From positions 1 to 41,517 of the forward strand of contig JALSJL010000469.1 in assembly GCA_026989405.1 (NCBI GenBank): a stretch of 41,517 bases of DNA, read 5' to 3'. A program made the position numbers and the translations under genes. The stretch is from Marinosulfonomonas sp. Its GTDB lineage: Bacteria > Pseudomonadota > Alphaproteobacteria > Rhodobacterales > Rhodobacteraceae. The notes under the pieces are model-generated. The model saw only the letters and a program-made list of their open reading frames with translations, did no database searches and was not told the DNA's origin. Below are positions 26,052-35,493 of this stretch, one piece after another. Numbering within the stretch: position 1 is the first letter of the stretch; each line of letters starts with the position of its first letter.

Positions 26052-26983
26052 GCCGCGCCGTGGGCCTGCACCTGGGGGTGATCGCCGCGCTGTTGGCGTT
26101 GCAGTTCGTGTTGCCGGCCTATCACCATGGCGTCCTTGCGCGGGTGATGGTGATGGCGGTCTTTGCCATGGGCTACAACGTGATGTTCGGCTACACGGGT
26201 TTGCTGAGCCTTGGGCACGCGATGTTCTTTGCCGCCGGCATGTATGGCATGGGGCTTGCCATGAAACAGTGGGACGTGCCGCTTGTGCCGGCGTTCCTGC
26301 TGGGCATCGCGGCGGCGTTCCTTCTGGCGCTTGTCGTCGGCGTGCTGGCACTGCGCACGGCGGGCGTGGCCTTCATGATCGTGACGCTGATGTTTTCACA
26401 GTCCCTTTTCCTGGCCATTCTCCATTTCGGGGCGATCACCCGCGGGGATGAGGGCTTTGCCCTGGCCCGGTCCCTGCGCCAGGTTGCCGGGCTGGACCTG
26501 GCGGCGCCGGCAACACGCTATTTCGCGGCATGGGGCCTGTTTTCCGTTGTCTTGCTTGGCACGCTCGCCCTGGTGCGCTCGCGCCGTGGTCGCGTCCTGG
26601 TGGCCATCCGGGAAAACGAAGAGCGCACCCGGATGCTGGGCTACGATGTCTGGCGCCACAAGCTGATGGCGGTTGTGGTCTCGGGCACGATCTGCGGTGC
26701 CGCGGGGGCGGCCTACGGGGTGTTGTTTGGCTATGTCGGCGCCAGCTTTTCGCAGGTGCCCTATTCGATCTTTCCGCTGTTGTGGGTGTTGCTTGGTGGC
26801 GCCGGCACGGTGATCGGGCCGTTCGTGGGAACGCTGTTCATGTTCTACCTGATCGACCTGTCCAGCGGGCTGACCGACGCATACATGCTGGTTGTTGGCG
26901 TTGCGCTCGTGCTGCTGACGCTGTTCCTGCCCAGGGGGCTGATGGGAAGCCTGCGCGACCGGGGGATGAAATGGCTGCCGTGA
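26048..26983 (+). CDS. branched-chain amino acid-type ABC transporter permease (LivM-like)
   Basis: 311-aa polytopic membrane protein with the YTGLLSLGHAMFF motif typical of LivM. Confidence 0.85.
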   Translation: MSRAVGLHLGVIAALLALQFVLPAYHHGVLARVMVMAVFAMGYNVMFGYTGLLSLGHAMFFAAGMYGMGLAMKQWDVPLVPAFLLGIAAAFLLALVVGVLALRTAGVAFMIVTLMFSQSLFLAILHFGAITRGDEGFALARSLRQVAGLDLAAPATRYFAAWGLFSVVLLGTLALVRSRRGRVLVAIRENEERTRMLGYDVWRHKLMAVVVSGTICGAAGAAYGVLFGYVGASFSQVPYSIFPLLWVLLGGAGTVIGPFVGTLFMFYLIDLSSGLTDAYMLVVGVALVLLTLFLPRGLMGSLRDRGMKWLP

Positions 26984-27687
26984 GCTTGTTGAGCACCCAT
27001 GCCCTGAGCCGCAACTATGGCGGGTTGCAGGCCGTGAAAAACGTCAGCCTTGACATATCGCAGGGCGAGGTCCGCGCGCTGATCGGGCCAAATGGCGCCG
27101 GAAAGACCACCCTGGTTTCAATGCTGTGCGGACGCATCCCGGCGACCTCTGGCCAGGTGGTGTTCGAGGGCCGCGACGTGACAACCCTGCCCGCTCACCG
27201 ACGCATAGCACTGGGCATGGCCTATACGTTCCAGATCACGTCCGTTTTTGCCGAACTGAGCGTGAGTGAAAACGTGGAACTGGCCGTTCAGCGGCATATC
27301 GCCGAGCGCCAGAAGATCACGGCACAGGTTGACCGGACGCTGGAACGGGTCGGGCTGGGCCGGATGGCAGACAGGACCGCAGGCGACCTTGCCTATGGCC
27401 ACCAGAGGTTGCTGGAAATTGCGATGGGTCTGGGACAGACTCCAAAACTGTTGATCCTCGATGAGCCGACGCAGGGACTGTCCGACAGCGAGATCGAAGA
27501 CTTTGTTGCGCTCATCCGCTCGGTTTCGGAAAAATCAACTGTCCTGCTCATCGAGCACAACATCAATGTTGTCATGGCGCTTGCCGACAAGATCACCGTT
27601 CTGAATTTCGGAGAGATCATCGCCGAGGGCACACCCGGGGAAATCCGTGCAAACGAGGCGGTGCAGACCGCCTATCTGGGGGGCTGA
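26971..27687 (+). CDS. ABC transporter ATP-binding protein (LivG-like)
   Basis: Tracked ORF 26530..27687 trimmed to the Met at 26971 (a GTG at 26980 is also possible). Walker A GPNGAGKTT, signature-like LAYGHQRLLEIA, Walker B LLILDEP. Confidence 0.9.
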   Translation: MAAVSLLSTHALSRNYGGLQAVKNVSLDISQGEVRALIGPNGAGKTTLVSMLCGRIPATSGQVVFEGRDVTTLPAHRRIALGMAYTFQITSVFAELSVSENVELAVQRHIAERQKITAQVDRTLERVGLGRMADRTAGDLAYGHQRLLEIAMGLGQTPKLLILDEPTQGLSDSEIEDFVALIRSVSEKSTVLLIEHNINVVMALADKITVLNFGEIIAEGTPGEIRANEAVQTAYLGG

Positions 27688-28382
27688 TGCTGGAACTGCG
27701 CAACCTTGATGCGGGCTATGGCAAGGTGCAGGTGCTGCGCGACCTTTCACTGCACGCCAGGCCCGGTGAAATCCTGTGCCTGCTCGGGCGCAACGGGGCC
27801 GGCAAGTCGACATTGATGAAATCCATCATGGGGCTGGTCCGGGCGCAGGCCGGCAGCATCTGGCTTGACGGGCAGCGGATTGACCAGCTGCCGGCCTGGC
27901 AGGTGCCCAGGCTGGGCATCGGATATATCCCTCAGGGGCGCCGGCTGTTCAACGAGATGACCGTCGCCGAGAACCTTCAGATCGGACTGATGGCGCGACG
28001 CAAGGGCGCGGATGTGCGCGAAAACGTGCTGAACATGTTTCCGCGCCTGCGTGACCGGCTGAACCAGCGGGCCGACACGCTGTCGGGTGGTGAACAGCAG
28101 ATGCTGGCCACCGCCCGCGCGTTGTGCCTTGAACCAGGTGTCTTGTTGCTTGATGAGCCGACAGAGGGTTTGCAGCCCTCGATGATATCGCTGATCCGCG
28201 CGGCGGTTGTCGCGCTCAGGAAACAGGGGGTTGCCATCGTTCTGGTCGAACAGCGGGTGGAAGCCGTCCTGCAGGTCGCCGATCGGGTGACATTTGTGGA
28301 AAACGGTCAATGCGTGCTGACGGTCACGCCCAGCGAACTGCACGCCGACGAAAGCCTGCTGCATCGCTACGTCGGGGTTTAG
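27687..28382 (+). CDS. ABC transporter ATP-binding protein (LivF-like)
   Basis: Walker A GRNGAGKST, signature LSGGEQQML, Walker B LLLDEP. TGATG 1-nt overlap with the upstream ATPase gene. Confidence 0.9.
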   Translation: MLELRNLDAGYGKVQVLRDLSLHARPGEILCLLGRNGAGKSTLMKSIMGLVRAQAGSIWLDGQRIDQLPAWQVPRLGIGYIPQGRRLFNEMTVAENLQIGLMARRKGADVRENVLNMFPRLRDRLNQRADTLSGGEQQMLATARALCLEPGVLLLDEPTEGLQPSMISLIRAAVVALRKQGVAIVLVEQRVEAVLQVADRVTFVENGQCVLTVTPSELHADESLLHRYVGV

Positions 28383-28406
28383 GGTCAGGACCCGTTCATC
28401 CTGCCC

Positions 28407-28850
28407 CTAGGTCAGTTTGCGCAGCAGGTGAAGAAACAGCGCCTGCTCGCTTTGCGACAACGGAACCAGTGTTTCTTCGGTGACGCGCCGGGCCTTTGGC
28501 TCGAGCTCCTGGAACAAGGCGCGTCCGGCATCTGTCAGTGAAACGATGGTGCGGCGGCGGTCGGTCTTGTCGTTTTCCGTCCTGACCAGATCGCGCTTCC
28601 CAAGCCTGTCGACGACACCCTTGATCGTGGCGGCATCCATCGCCGTCAGACGTCCGAGCGCGTTTTGCGACAGTGCGCCGGCTTCGTTCAGCTTGGCAAG
28701 CGTGGCAAACTGCATCGAGGTCAACTCGGGTATCGTCGCCGTAAACAGCGAAAGATGGCGTTGCGATGCCCGGCGCAGCAAAAACCCGACCTGATCGTCA
28801 AGACGATAGGGTATCGTGGCAGGGTCGTCGGTCGGGTCTGGCGCGCTCAT
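28407..28850 (-). CDS. MarR family transcriptional regulator
   Basis: wHTH region LTSMQFATLAKLNEAGALSQNALGRLTAMDAATIKGVVDRLGKRDLV...DKTDRRR. Start set at the Met at 28850 because the longer ORF (28922) would run into the upstream terminator hairpin. Confidence 0.85.
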   Translation of the reverse strand: MSAPDPTDDPATIPYRLDDQVGFLLRRASQRHLSLFTATIPELTSMQFATLAKLNEAGALSQNALGRLTAMDAATIKGVVDRLGKRDLVRTENDKTDRRRTIVSLTDAGRALFQELEPKARRVTEETLVPLSQSEQALFLHLLRKLT

Positions 28851-28912
28851 GGGGTCCAAGCTGACGCAAAAGGGGCGATCAGTAAAGCGCCGCGGTGTTT
28901 TTTCACGGGAAA

Positions 28913-28937
28913 GGCCGGGCAAGTCTTGCGCCCGGCC
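28913..28937 (-). terminator. hairpin terminator after the coxM-like gene
   Basis: GGCCGGGC (28913-28920) / GCCCGGCC (28930-28937), an 8-bp GC stem with a 9-nt loop. On the minus strand it is followed by TTTCCCGTGAAAAAA, and it lies 28 nt after the coxM-like stop. Confidence 0.45.
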
Positions 28938-28964
28938 AGTTCCAGATGAGGCGGTCAGTTTGCT

Positions 28965-29747
28965 CTAACAGGTCGCAACCGCCCGTTTGGTCAGCACTTT
29001 CACCAGATGCGCCCGGTATTCCCCGGTGCCGTGCAGATCGGAAATCATGTTGAGCGGGTTTATGTCCAGGTCCATCAGCGCATCGGTGCGGAAGTCCTTG
29101 GTCAGGGCCGTTTCGGCCTCTTTCCAGCGGAACACCCCGTTTTCGGAGGCCCCGGTAACTGCAACCCGGACCCCATCAGGGTATTTTGCCACCATCACGC
29201 CAACTAGCGCAAAACGCGACGCCGGCTGTTTGAACTTCTGATAATTCGCGGCCTCCGGGATCGGAAAGTCGACGGCGGTGATGATCTCGCCGTCTTCCAG
29301 CGCGGTCTCGAACATGCCCTGAAAGAAGTCATCGGCCGCAATCTCGCGCCGATCCGTCCTGATCGTCGCCCCCGAGGCCAGGGCCGCCGCCGGATAGTCG
29401 GCGGATGGATCATTGTTGGCGACAGAGCCGCCAATGGTGCCGCGATTGCGCACCGCCGGGTCGCCGATGTCACCGGCAAGAGCCGCCAGCGCCGGGTAGG
29501 CCCCGGCCTCGGCGGCCACGGTTGCATGGGTGGTGGCGCCACCGACCGACACCGATCCGCCGCCGGTTGTCACACCCTGCAGATCCGCGATCCCGGCCAG
29601 CGAGACCAGTTTCGACGGGCTTGCCAGGCGCTGTTTCATGGTCGGGATCAGGGTCTGACCACCGCCCAATGCCATTGCGTCTTCGTCTGCCAATGCGGCA
29701 ACCGCGTCGGCAACAGTTGATGGTTTTACGAACTCGAAGTCATACAT
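28965..29747 (-). CDS. coxM: CODH-family FAD-binding medium subunit (form II cluster)
   Basis: 260 aa with MALGGGQTLIPTMK (GGGQ[ST]L FAD motif). Last gene of the S-L-M set. Confidence 0.85.
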   Translation of the reverse strand: MYDFEFVKPSTVADAVAALADEDAMALGGGQTLIPTMKQRLASPSKLVSLAGIADLQGVTTGGGSVSVGGATTHATVAAEAGAYPALAALAGDIGDPAVRNRGTIGGSVANNDPSADYPAAALASGATIRTDRREIAADDFFQGMFETALEDGEIITAVDFPIPEAANYQKFKQPASRFALVGVMVAKYPDGVRVAVTGASENGVFRWKEAETALTKDFRTDALMDLDINPLNMISDLHGTGEYRAHLVKVLTKRAVATC

Positions 29748-29759
29748 TTTTCCGGCTCC

Positions 29760-32129
29760 TCACCTTGCGGCCTGAATGGCCGACCACACCCGCGAGGGCG
29801 ACAGCGGCATATCGATATGGGTAACACCTGCTTCGGACAGGGCGTCGACAACGGCATTGACCAGCGATGGCGGCGACCCGATCGCCCCGGCCTCGCCGCA
29901 CCCTTTCACCCCAAGCGGGTTGTGGGTGCACGGGGTCTGGCAGGAATGATCGACGGTGAACGATGGCAGATCGTCGGCCCGCGGCATGGCGTAGTCCATG
30001 TAAGAGCCGCTGAGCAGCTGGCCGTCGTCATCGTAGACGCAGGCTTCAAGCAACGCCTGCCCGATGCCCTGCGCCAGACCGCCATGCACCTGCCCGTCAA
30101 CGATCATCGGGTTGATCACGTTGCCGAAATCGTCGACCGCGGTCATCGACATGACATCGACCTTGCCGGTTTCCGGGTCGACCTCGACCTCGCAGGCATA
30201 GGCGCCCGCCGGGTAGGTGAAGTTCGCCGGGTCGTAAAACGCGGTTTCCTCCAGGCCCGGCTCCAGGTCTTCCAGCGGGTAGTTGTGCGGGACATAGGCG
30301 GCCAGGGTCACATCGCCCCAGGCCACCGACTTGTCGGTGCCGGCCACCGTGAACGTGCCATCGGCAAACTCCACGTCCTCTTCGCCCGCCTCCATCAGAT
30401 GCGCTGCGATCTTCTTGGCTTTCGCGATGATCTTTTCCGTTGCCCGCACCATGGCCGAACCGCCGACCGCGATCGAACGCGAGCCATAGGTGCCCATCCC
30501 CATCGGAATTTTCGAGGTGTCGCCATGCACGATATCGACCTGGCTTTCGTCGATGCCCAGCATCTCGGCCACCACCTGCGGAAAGGTCGTTTCGTGCCCC
30601 TGCCCGTGGCTGTGGCTGCCGGTAAAGACCGAAATCGACCCGGTGGCGTTGACCCGCACGGTCGCGCTTTCATAAAGCCCGGCGCGCGCGCCCAGCTGAC
30701 CAACGAGGTTTGACGGCGCGATCCCGCAGGCCTCGATATAGCAGTTGATGCCGAGGCCGCGCAGCTTGCCGCGTTCGGCACTTTCCGCCTTGCGTTTGCC
30801 AAAGCCCCTGATGTCGGCAATCTCGACCAGCTTGTCCATCGTGGCATCGTAGTTGCCGGTATCGTATTCCAGCGCGACCGGGGTCGCATAGGGAAACTGG
30901 TCCGGCTTGATGAAATTGCGCCGGCGCAGCTCGATCGGGTCGATCCCCAACTCGCGCGCCGCCTTGTCGATGACGCGCTCCAGCTGGAACGTCGCTTCGG
31001 GCCGGCCCGCGCCCCTGTAGGCGTCCACCGGCACCGTGTTGGTAAACACCGCCTTCACGTTCACATAGACCAGCGGCGTCGTGTAGTTGCCCGCCATCAG
31101 CGTGCCATGCAGCCAGGTCGGCACCGACGGCGCGAAGGTCGAAAGATAGGCGCCCATGTTCGCATAAGTGTCGGTGCGCACCGCCAGAAACTTGCCGTCC
31201 TTGTCGAGCGCCAGTTCGATCCGGGTCACATGGTCGCGACCGTGGGCGTCAGAGATGAAGGCCTCGGCGCGGGTCGATGTCCATTTCACCGGGCGGTTCA
31301 CCGCCTTGGCGGCAAAGGTGCAAAAGGCTTCTTCGGCATAGTGGAAGATCTTGGTGCCAAAACCGCCGCCCACATCCGGGGCCACGACGCGCAGCTTGTG
31401 CTCGGGAATGCCCAGAACGAAAGCCCCCATCAAAAGCCGGATCACATGCGGGTTCTGGCTGGTGGTGTAAAGCGTGTGCTCTTCGTTCGAGGCGTTGTAG
31501 TCGCCGATGGCCACGCGCGGCTCCATCGGGTTGGCGATCAGCCGGTTGTTGCGCAGCTCGAGCGTGGTGACATGCGCCGCCCCCTTGATCGCGGCGTCCA
31601 CCGCGTCGCGGTTTTCCTCGACAAAGCCCCAGTCGAAACACAGGTTGCCGGGCAGGTCGTCATGCACCTTGGTCGCGCCGTCTTCCAGCGCAGCCTTCAT
31701 GTCGATCACCGCCGGCAACTCGTCGATATCGACCACGACCGCTTCGGCCGCGTCGCGCGCCTGCTCCAGTGTCTCGGCCACGACCGCCACGATGATCTCG
31801 CCCACGTAGCGCACCTTGCCTTCGGCCAGGATCGGGTGTTTTGGCTCTTGCATCGGCTCACCGAAACGGTCGGTCACCTGCCAGCCGCAGGGCACGCCGC
31901 CCACGCCTTCGAAGTCGGCGCTGGTGAATATGCGGATCACGCCGGGCATCGCCTCGGCGGCGCTGGTGTCGATCGACCTGATCGTGCCATGCGCAACATC
32001 CGAGCGGAGAAAGTGGACATGGCTTTGGCCATGAATATTGATGTCGTCGGTATACTGGCCGTTTCCGGTCAGAAACCGCACGTCTTCGCGCCGCTTCGGG
32101 CTGGCGCCTATTCCGTGGTCTTTCGGCAT
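29760..32129 (-). CDS. coxL: CODH-family molybdopterin large subunit, form II type (AYRGAGR active-site loop)
   Basis: 789 aa with VGGGFGTK MoCo motif. The active-site loop reads [11 protein letters not shown], the form II/BMS signature, not the AYxCSFR of true Cu-Mo CO dehydrogenases. Confidence 0.85.
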   Translation of the reverse strand: MPKDHGIGASPKRREDVRFLTGNGQYTDDINIHGQSHVHFLRSDVAHGTIRSIDTSAAEAMPGVIRIFTSADFEGVGGVPCGWQVTDRFGEPMQEPKHPILAEGKVRYVGEIIVAVVAETLEQARDAAEAVVVDIDELPAVIDMKAALEDGATKVHDDLPGNLCFDWGFVEENRDAVDAAIKGAAHVTTLELRNNRLIANPMEPRVAIGDYNASNEEHTLYTTSQNPHVIRLLMGAFVLGIPEHKLRVVAPDVGGGFGTKIFHYAEEAFCTFAAKAVNRPVKWTSTRAEAFISDAHGRDHVTRIELALDKDGKFLAVRTDTYANMGAYLSTFAPSVPTWLHGTLMAGNYTTPLVYVNVKAVFTNTVPVDAYRGAGRPEATFQLERVIDKAARELGIDPIELRRRNFIKPDQFPYATPVALEYDTGNYDATMDKLVEIADIRGFGKRKAESAERGKLRGLGINCYIEACGIAPSNLVGQLGARAGLYESATVRVNATGSISVFTGSHSHGQGHETTFPQVVAEMLGIDESQVDIVHGDTSKIPMGMGTYGSRSIAVGGSAMVRATEKIIAKAKKIAAHLMEAGEEDVEFADGTFTVAGTDKSVAWGDVTLAAYVPHNYPLEDLEPGLEETAFYDPANFTYPAGAYACEVEVDPETGKVDVMSMTAVDDFGNVINPMIVDGQVHGGLAQGIGQALLEACVYDDDGQLLSGSYMDYAMPRADDLPSFTVDHSCQTPCTHNPLGVKGCGEAGAIGSPPSLVNAVVDALSEAGVTHIDMPLSPSRVWSAIQAAR

Positions 32130-32179
32130 TGTTGATCTCCCTGTTTATCCGTTCCGCCCGGCATGGACGGGGCGCGTGC

Positions 32180-32647
<468 letters not shown>

Positions 32648-32698
32648 CTTGTCCTCCCTTGTTGTCCTTGTCCGGTCGTCTGTTGGCGGCGCCCGGTT

Positions 32699-33223
32699 TC
32701 AGCTGAACATTTTCTTGATGAGTCCCTTTTTCTTTTCCGGTTCACGACCGGTGTCATCGTCATCCGGCGCCTCGTCATCTGACCGGGGCGCAACTGCGTT
32801 CTGAAAATTCTCGAAAAACTGGTCGGCCAGCTTTTTCGCGACCCCATCAATCAGCCGCGCGCCCAGGCTGGCAAGCTTGCCACCGACCTTTGCGTCGACC
32901 TCGTAGCTCAGCGTGGTCACCCCATCGGTTTCGTCCAGCCGTACGTTCGCGCCGCCCCTGGCATAGCCGGCCGGCCCCCCCTTGCCTTCGCCCGATATGC
33001 GGTAGCTTTCGCCTTCGATCACATCGCTCAGCGTCACGACGCCCTTGAAGGTTGCCTTCACGGGGCCGATTTTCTGGGTCACGGTGGCCTCGAACCCATC
33101 GTCGGCATTGCCGGTCATTTCCTTGCAACCGGGGATCGCGGCCTTGAGTATCTCGGCATCATTCAGCGCGCGCCAGACGGTCATGCGATCGGCAGCAATC
33201 GTTCTGCTTCCCTTCAGATCCAC
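32699..33223 (-). CDS. coxG: SRPBCC-fold CoxG family protein
   Basis: N-terminus [33 protein letters not shown] matches the usual CoxG opening; 174 aa with a charged C-terminal tail; cox context. Confidence 0.75.
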   Translation of the reverse strand: MDLKGSRTIAADRMTVWRALNDAEILKAAIPGCKEMTGNADDGFEATVTQKIGPVKATFKGVVTLSDVIEGESYRISGEGKGGPAGYARGGANVRLDETDGVTTLSYEVDAKVGGKLASLGARLIDGVAKKLADQFFENFQNAVAPRSDDEAPDDDDTGREPEKKKGLIKKMFS

Positions 33224-33313
33224 TGAGCAGCCATCCCTGAATTCACCCCCTGCGACAAGCTGTCATCCTAGGACAGGTGCCGCTCAAATCAACCACAAAA
33301 TGCGCCGGGCCGC

Positions 33314-34579
33314 TCACGTCTTCGTTCCGGACGCAATGGCTTGCACCATTCGCGCCTTTTCGCCGATGTCGTCGGGCCGCGACAGCGCCTGGGCCAGGGC
33401 TTCCAGTGACGCGATGTTGTGGCCCGCGCGAAAACTGTCGACCCGCGGCAGCATTTCGCGGATGCCCCGGGCCTTCGGCGCAAAGCCATCCCAGCGCAAC
33501 AGCGGGTTCAGCCAGATCACCTTGCGCGCCGAAAGCTGCAACCGCTCCATTTCACGCGCCAGCAGATCGGGGTCGTCACGGTCCAGCCCGTCGGAAATCA
33601 GCAGCACCACGCTGCCCTGCCCCAACACCCGGCGCGACCAGTCACGGTTGAACGCATGCAGACAGCTGCCGATCCGCGTGCCGCCTTCCCAGTCCTGCGC
33701 TTCGCTGCCGGCAAGGGTCAGAGCGGCATCGACATCGCGTTGGCGCAGGTGGCGCGTGATGTTCGTCAGGCGCGTGCCAAAGGTAAAGCTGTGCACCCGC
33801 GCCCAGCCCGCGCCCCTGGCGTTGCTTGCCGCATGCAGGAAATGCAGCACCGCACGCGAATAGGACGCCATGGAACCGGAGATGTCGCACAGCGCCACAA
33901 GATTGGGCCAGCGAACACGGTTCTTGCGCCACGCGACATGGCGTATCTCGCCGCCATTGCGCATCGACCGGCGGATTGTGGCCGGCCAGTCGGGCCGATG
34001 ACCCTGCGCCGAGGGCTTGGCCCGACGCGAGGCCAGCGGGCGCACCGGCAGCGCGATTTGCGCGATCATCCGTTTGGCGGCGGCCATCTCTTCGGTGGTC
34101 ATCTGCTCGAAATCGAGCGTGCGCAGCGCTTCACGCGCCGAACTGGTCAACGAGGCGTCGATCTCGATTTCCGTGCCCTCTTCGACGGGCTGCTCGGGAA
34201 CTTCGGCGGTTGCGCCATCCAGCAGGGCTTCGGCGGCCCGGCGCTCGCCCGGATCGGCGCGCCGCTCTTGCTGGACACCGCGCACGGCGGGCAGCAGCAT
34301 GGCCATCATGTGTTCCAGAAACTGCGGATCGCGCCAGTAAAGGCGGAAAATCTGCGCAAATACCGCGCGCTGCTCGGGGCGCGAGACGAAACAGGCGTGC
34401 AGCGTCCAGTAGAAATCGGCCTTGTTGGAAAACCCCGCCGCTTCCACCGCGCGGATCGCATCGGTTACACGGCCCGGCCCGGCCGGCAGACCGGCCTTGC
34501 GCAACGCGCGCGCGAAATGGGTTATGTTGGCGGCAAAACTGCCATTTTCGGGCACCGGCAGATCACCGATGCCCGCCAT
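33314..34579 (-). CDS. coxE: VWA domain-containing CoxE-like protein
   Basis: 421 aa. C-terminal VWA domain with MIDAS DxSxS (LCDISGSM). Its start overlaps the stop of the upstream MoxR ATPase gene by 1 nt (TGATG). Confidence 0.8.
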   Translation of the reverse strand: MAGIGDLPVPENGSFAANITHFARALRKAGLPAGPGRVTDAIRAVEAAGFSNKADFYWTLHACFVSRPEQRAVFAQIFRLYWRDPQFLEHMMAMLLPAVRGVQQERRADPGERRAAEALLDGATAEVPEQPVEEGTEIEIDASLTSSAREALRTLDFEQMTTEEMAAAKRMIAQIALPVRPLASRRAKPSAQGHRPDWPATIRRSMRNGGEIRHVAWRKNRVRWPNLVALCDISGSMASYSRAVLHFLHAASNARGAGWARVHSFTFGTRLTNITRHLRQRDVDAALTLAGSEAQDWEGGTRIGSCLHAFNRDWSRRVLGQGSVVLLISDGLDRDDPDLLAREMERLQLSARKVIWLNPLLRWDGFAPKARGIREMLPRVDSFRAGHNIASLEALAQALSRPDDIGEKARMVQAIASGTKT

Positions 34580-35493
34580 CAGCCCGCCATCTCCGCGCTG
34601 GCCCTGGCCTCTTCCAGAATGCGCGCGGCTTCAGAGCCGGATATTTTCGCGATGTCATCCTGATATTTCAGGATCGCCCCCAGGGTGTCGGCAATGACCT
34701 GCGGCGACACCTCGACCGCATCCAGCGCCAGCAGGCACCTGGCCCAGTCGATTGTTTCGGCAACCCCGGGCTTCTTGAACAGGTCTTCGGTGCGCAGGGT
34801 CTGGACAAAGGCCGTGATCTGCCGGCTGAGCGCGTCACTCGCTTCCGGGACGCGGGCGCGCAGGATGTCCAGCTCGCGCTCGAAATCGGGATAATCGAGC
34901 CAGTGATACAGACACCGCCGCTTCAGCGCATCATGCACTTCGCGGGTGCGGTTCGAGGTCAGGATGACAATCGGCGGCTGCTCTGCCGATATCGTGCCAA
35001 GCTCGGGGATCGTCACCTGAAAATCGCTGAGAATTTCCAGCAGGAACGCCTCGAACGGTTCATCCGTGCGATCAAGCTCATCGATCAGCAGCACCGGTGC
35101 ACCGCCAGGTTGCGGGCTGAGCGCCTCAAGCAGCGGGCGGCGGATCAGGTAGTCTTCGCTGAACAGTTCGCTGTTGAGCGTTTCGCGGTCCACGTCCCCC
35201 ATCGCTTCGGCCGTTCTGATCGCCACCATCTGTGCCGGGAAATTCCATTCGTAGACCGCGCTCGAGGCATCAAGCCCCTCATAGCACTGCAGCCGGATCA
35301 GGCGGCGGCCAAGGCCGGCGGCGATGGCCTTGGCGATCTCGGTCTTGCCGACGCCGGCCTCGCCTTCCAGAAACAGCGGGCGCCCGAGCGTCAGCGCCAG
35401 AAACACCACCGTCGCCAGCGCCCGGTTGCTGATATAGCCCTGCCCCGCCAGCATCGCCTCGACATCGTCGATCGAGGCGATCTTGCCGCTCAT
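34579..35493 (-). CDS. coxD: MoxR-type AAA+ ATPase (CoxD-like)
   Basis: Tracked ORF 34579..35517 trimmed to the Met at 35493 (ATGA overlap with the upstream gene). Walker A GEAGVGKTE; Walker B VLLIDELDR. Confidence 0.85.
   Translation of the reverse strand: MSGKIASIDDVEAMLAGQGYISNRALATVVFLALTLGRPLFLEGEAGVGKTEIAKAIAAGLGRRLIRLQCYEGLDASSAVYEWNFPAQMVAIRTAEAMGDVDRETLNSELFSEDYLIRRPLLEALSPQPGGAPVLLIDELDRTDEPFEAFLLEILSDFQVTIPELGTISAEQPPIVILTSNRTREVHDALKRRCLYHWLDYPDFERELDILRARVPEASDALSRQITAFVQTLRTEDLFKKPGVAETIDWARCLLALDAVEVSPQVIADTLGAILKYQDDIAKISGSEAARILEEARASAEMAG

Noticed and set aside
26530-26970. N-terminal extensions of tracked ORFs (LivG-like 26530; also enamidase 22240, SBP 23641, sucC 1753, sucA 5401, lpdA 10120, hnr 18769, IclR 40317, MarR 28922)
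   Set aside because: The extensions overlap neighbouring genes or intergenic elements, are R/P/G-rich, and precede internal Mets that have RBS-like sequences and canonical family N-termini.
29760-32129. Calling this locus a bona fide aerobic CO dehydrogenase
   Set aside because: The active-site loop is AYRGAGR (form II), lacking the Cys of the AYxCSFR Cu-binding motif, so CO oxidation should not be assumed.
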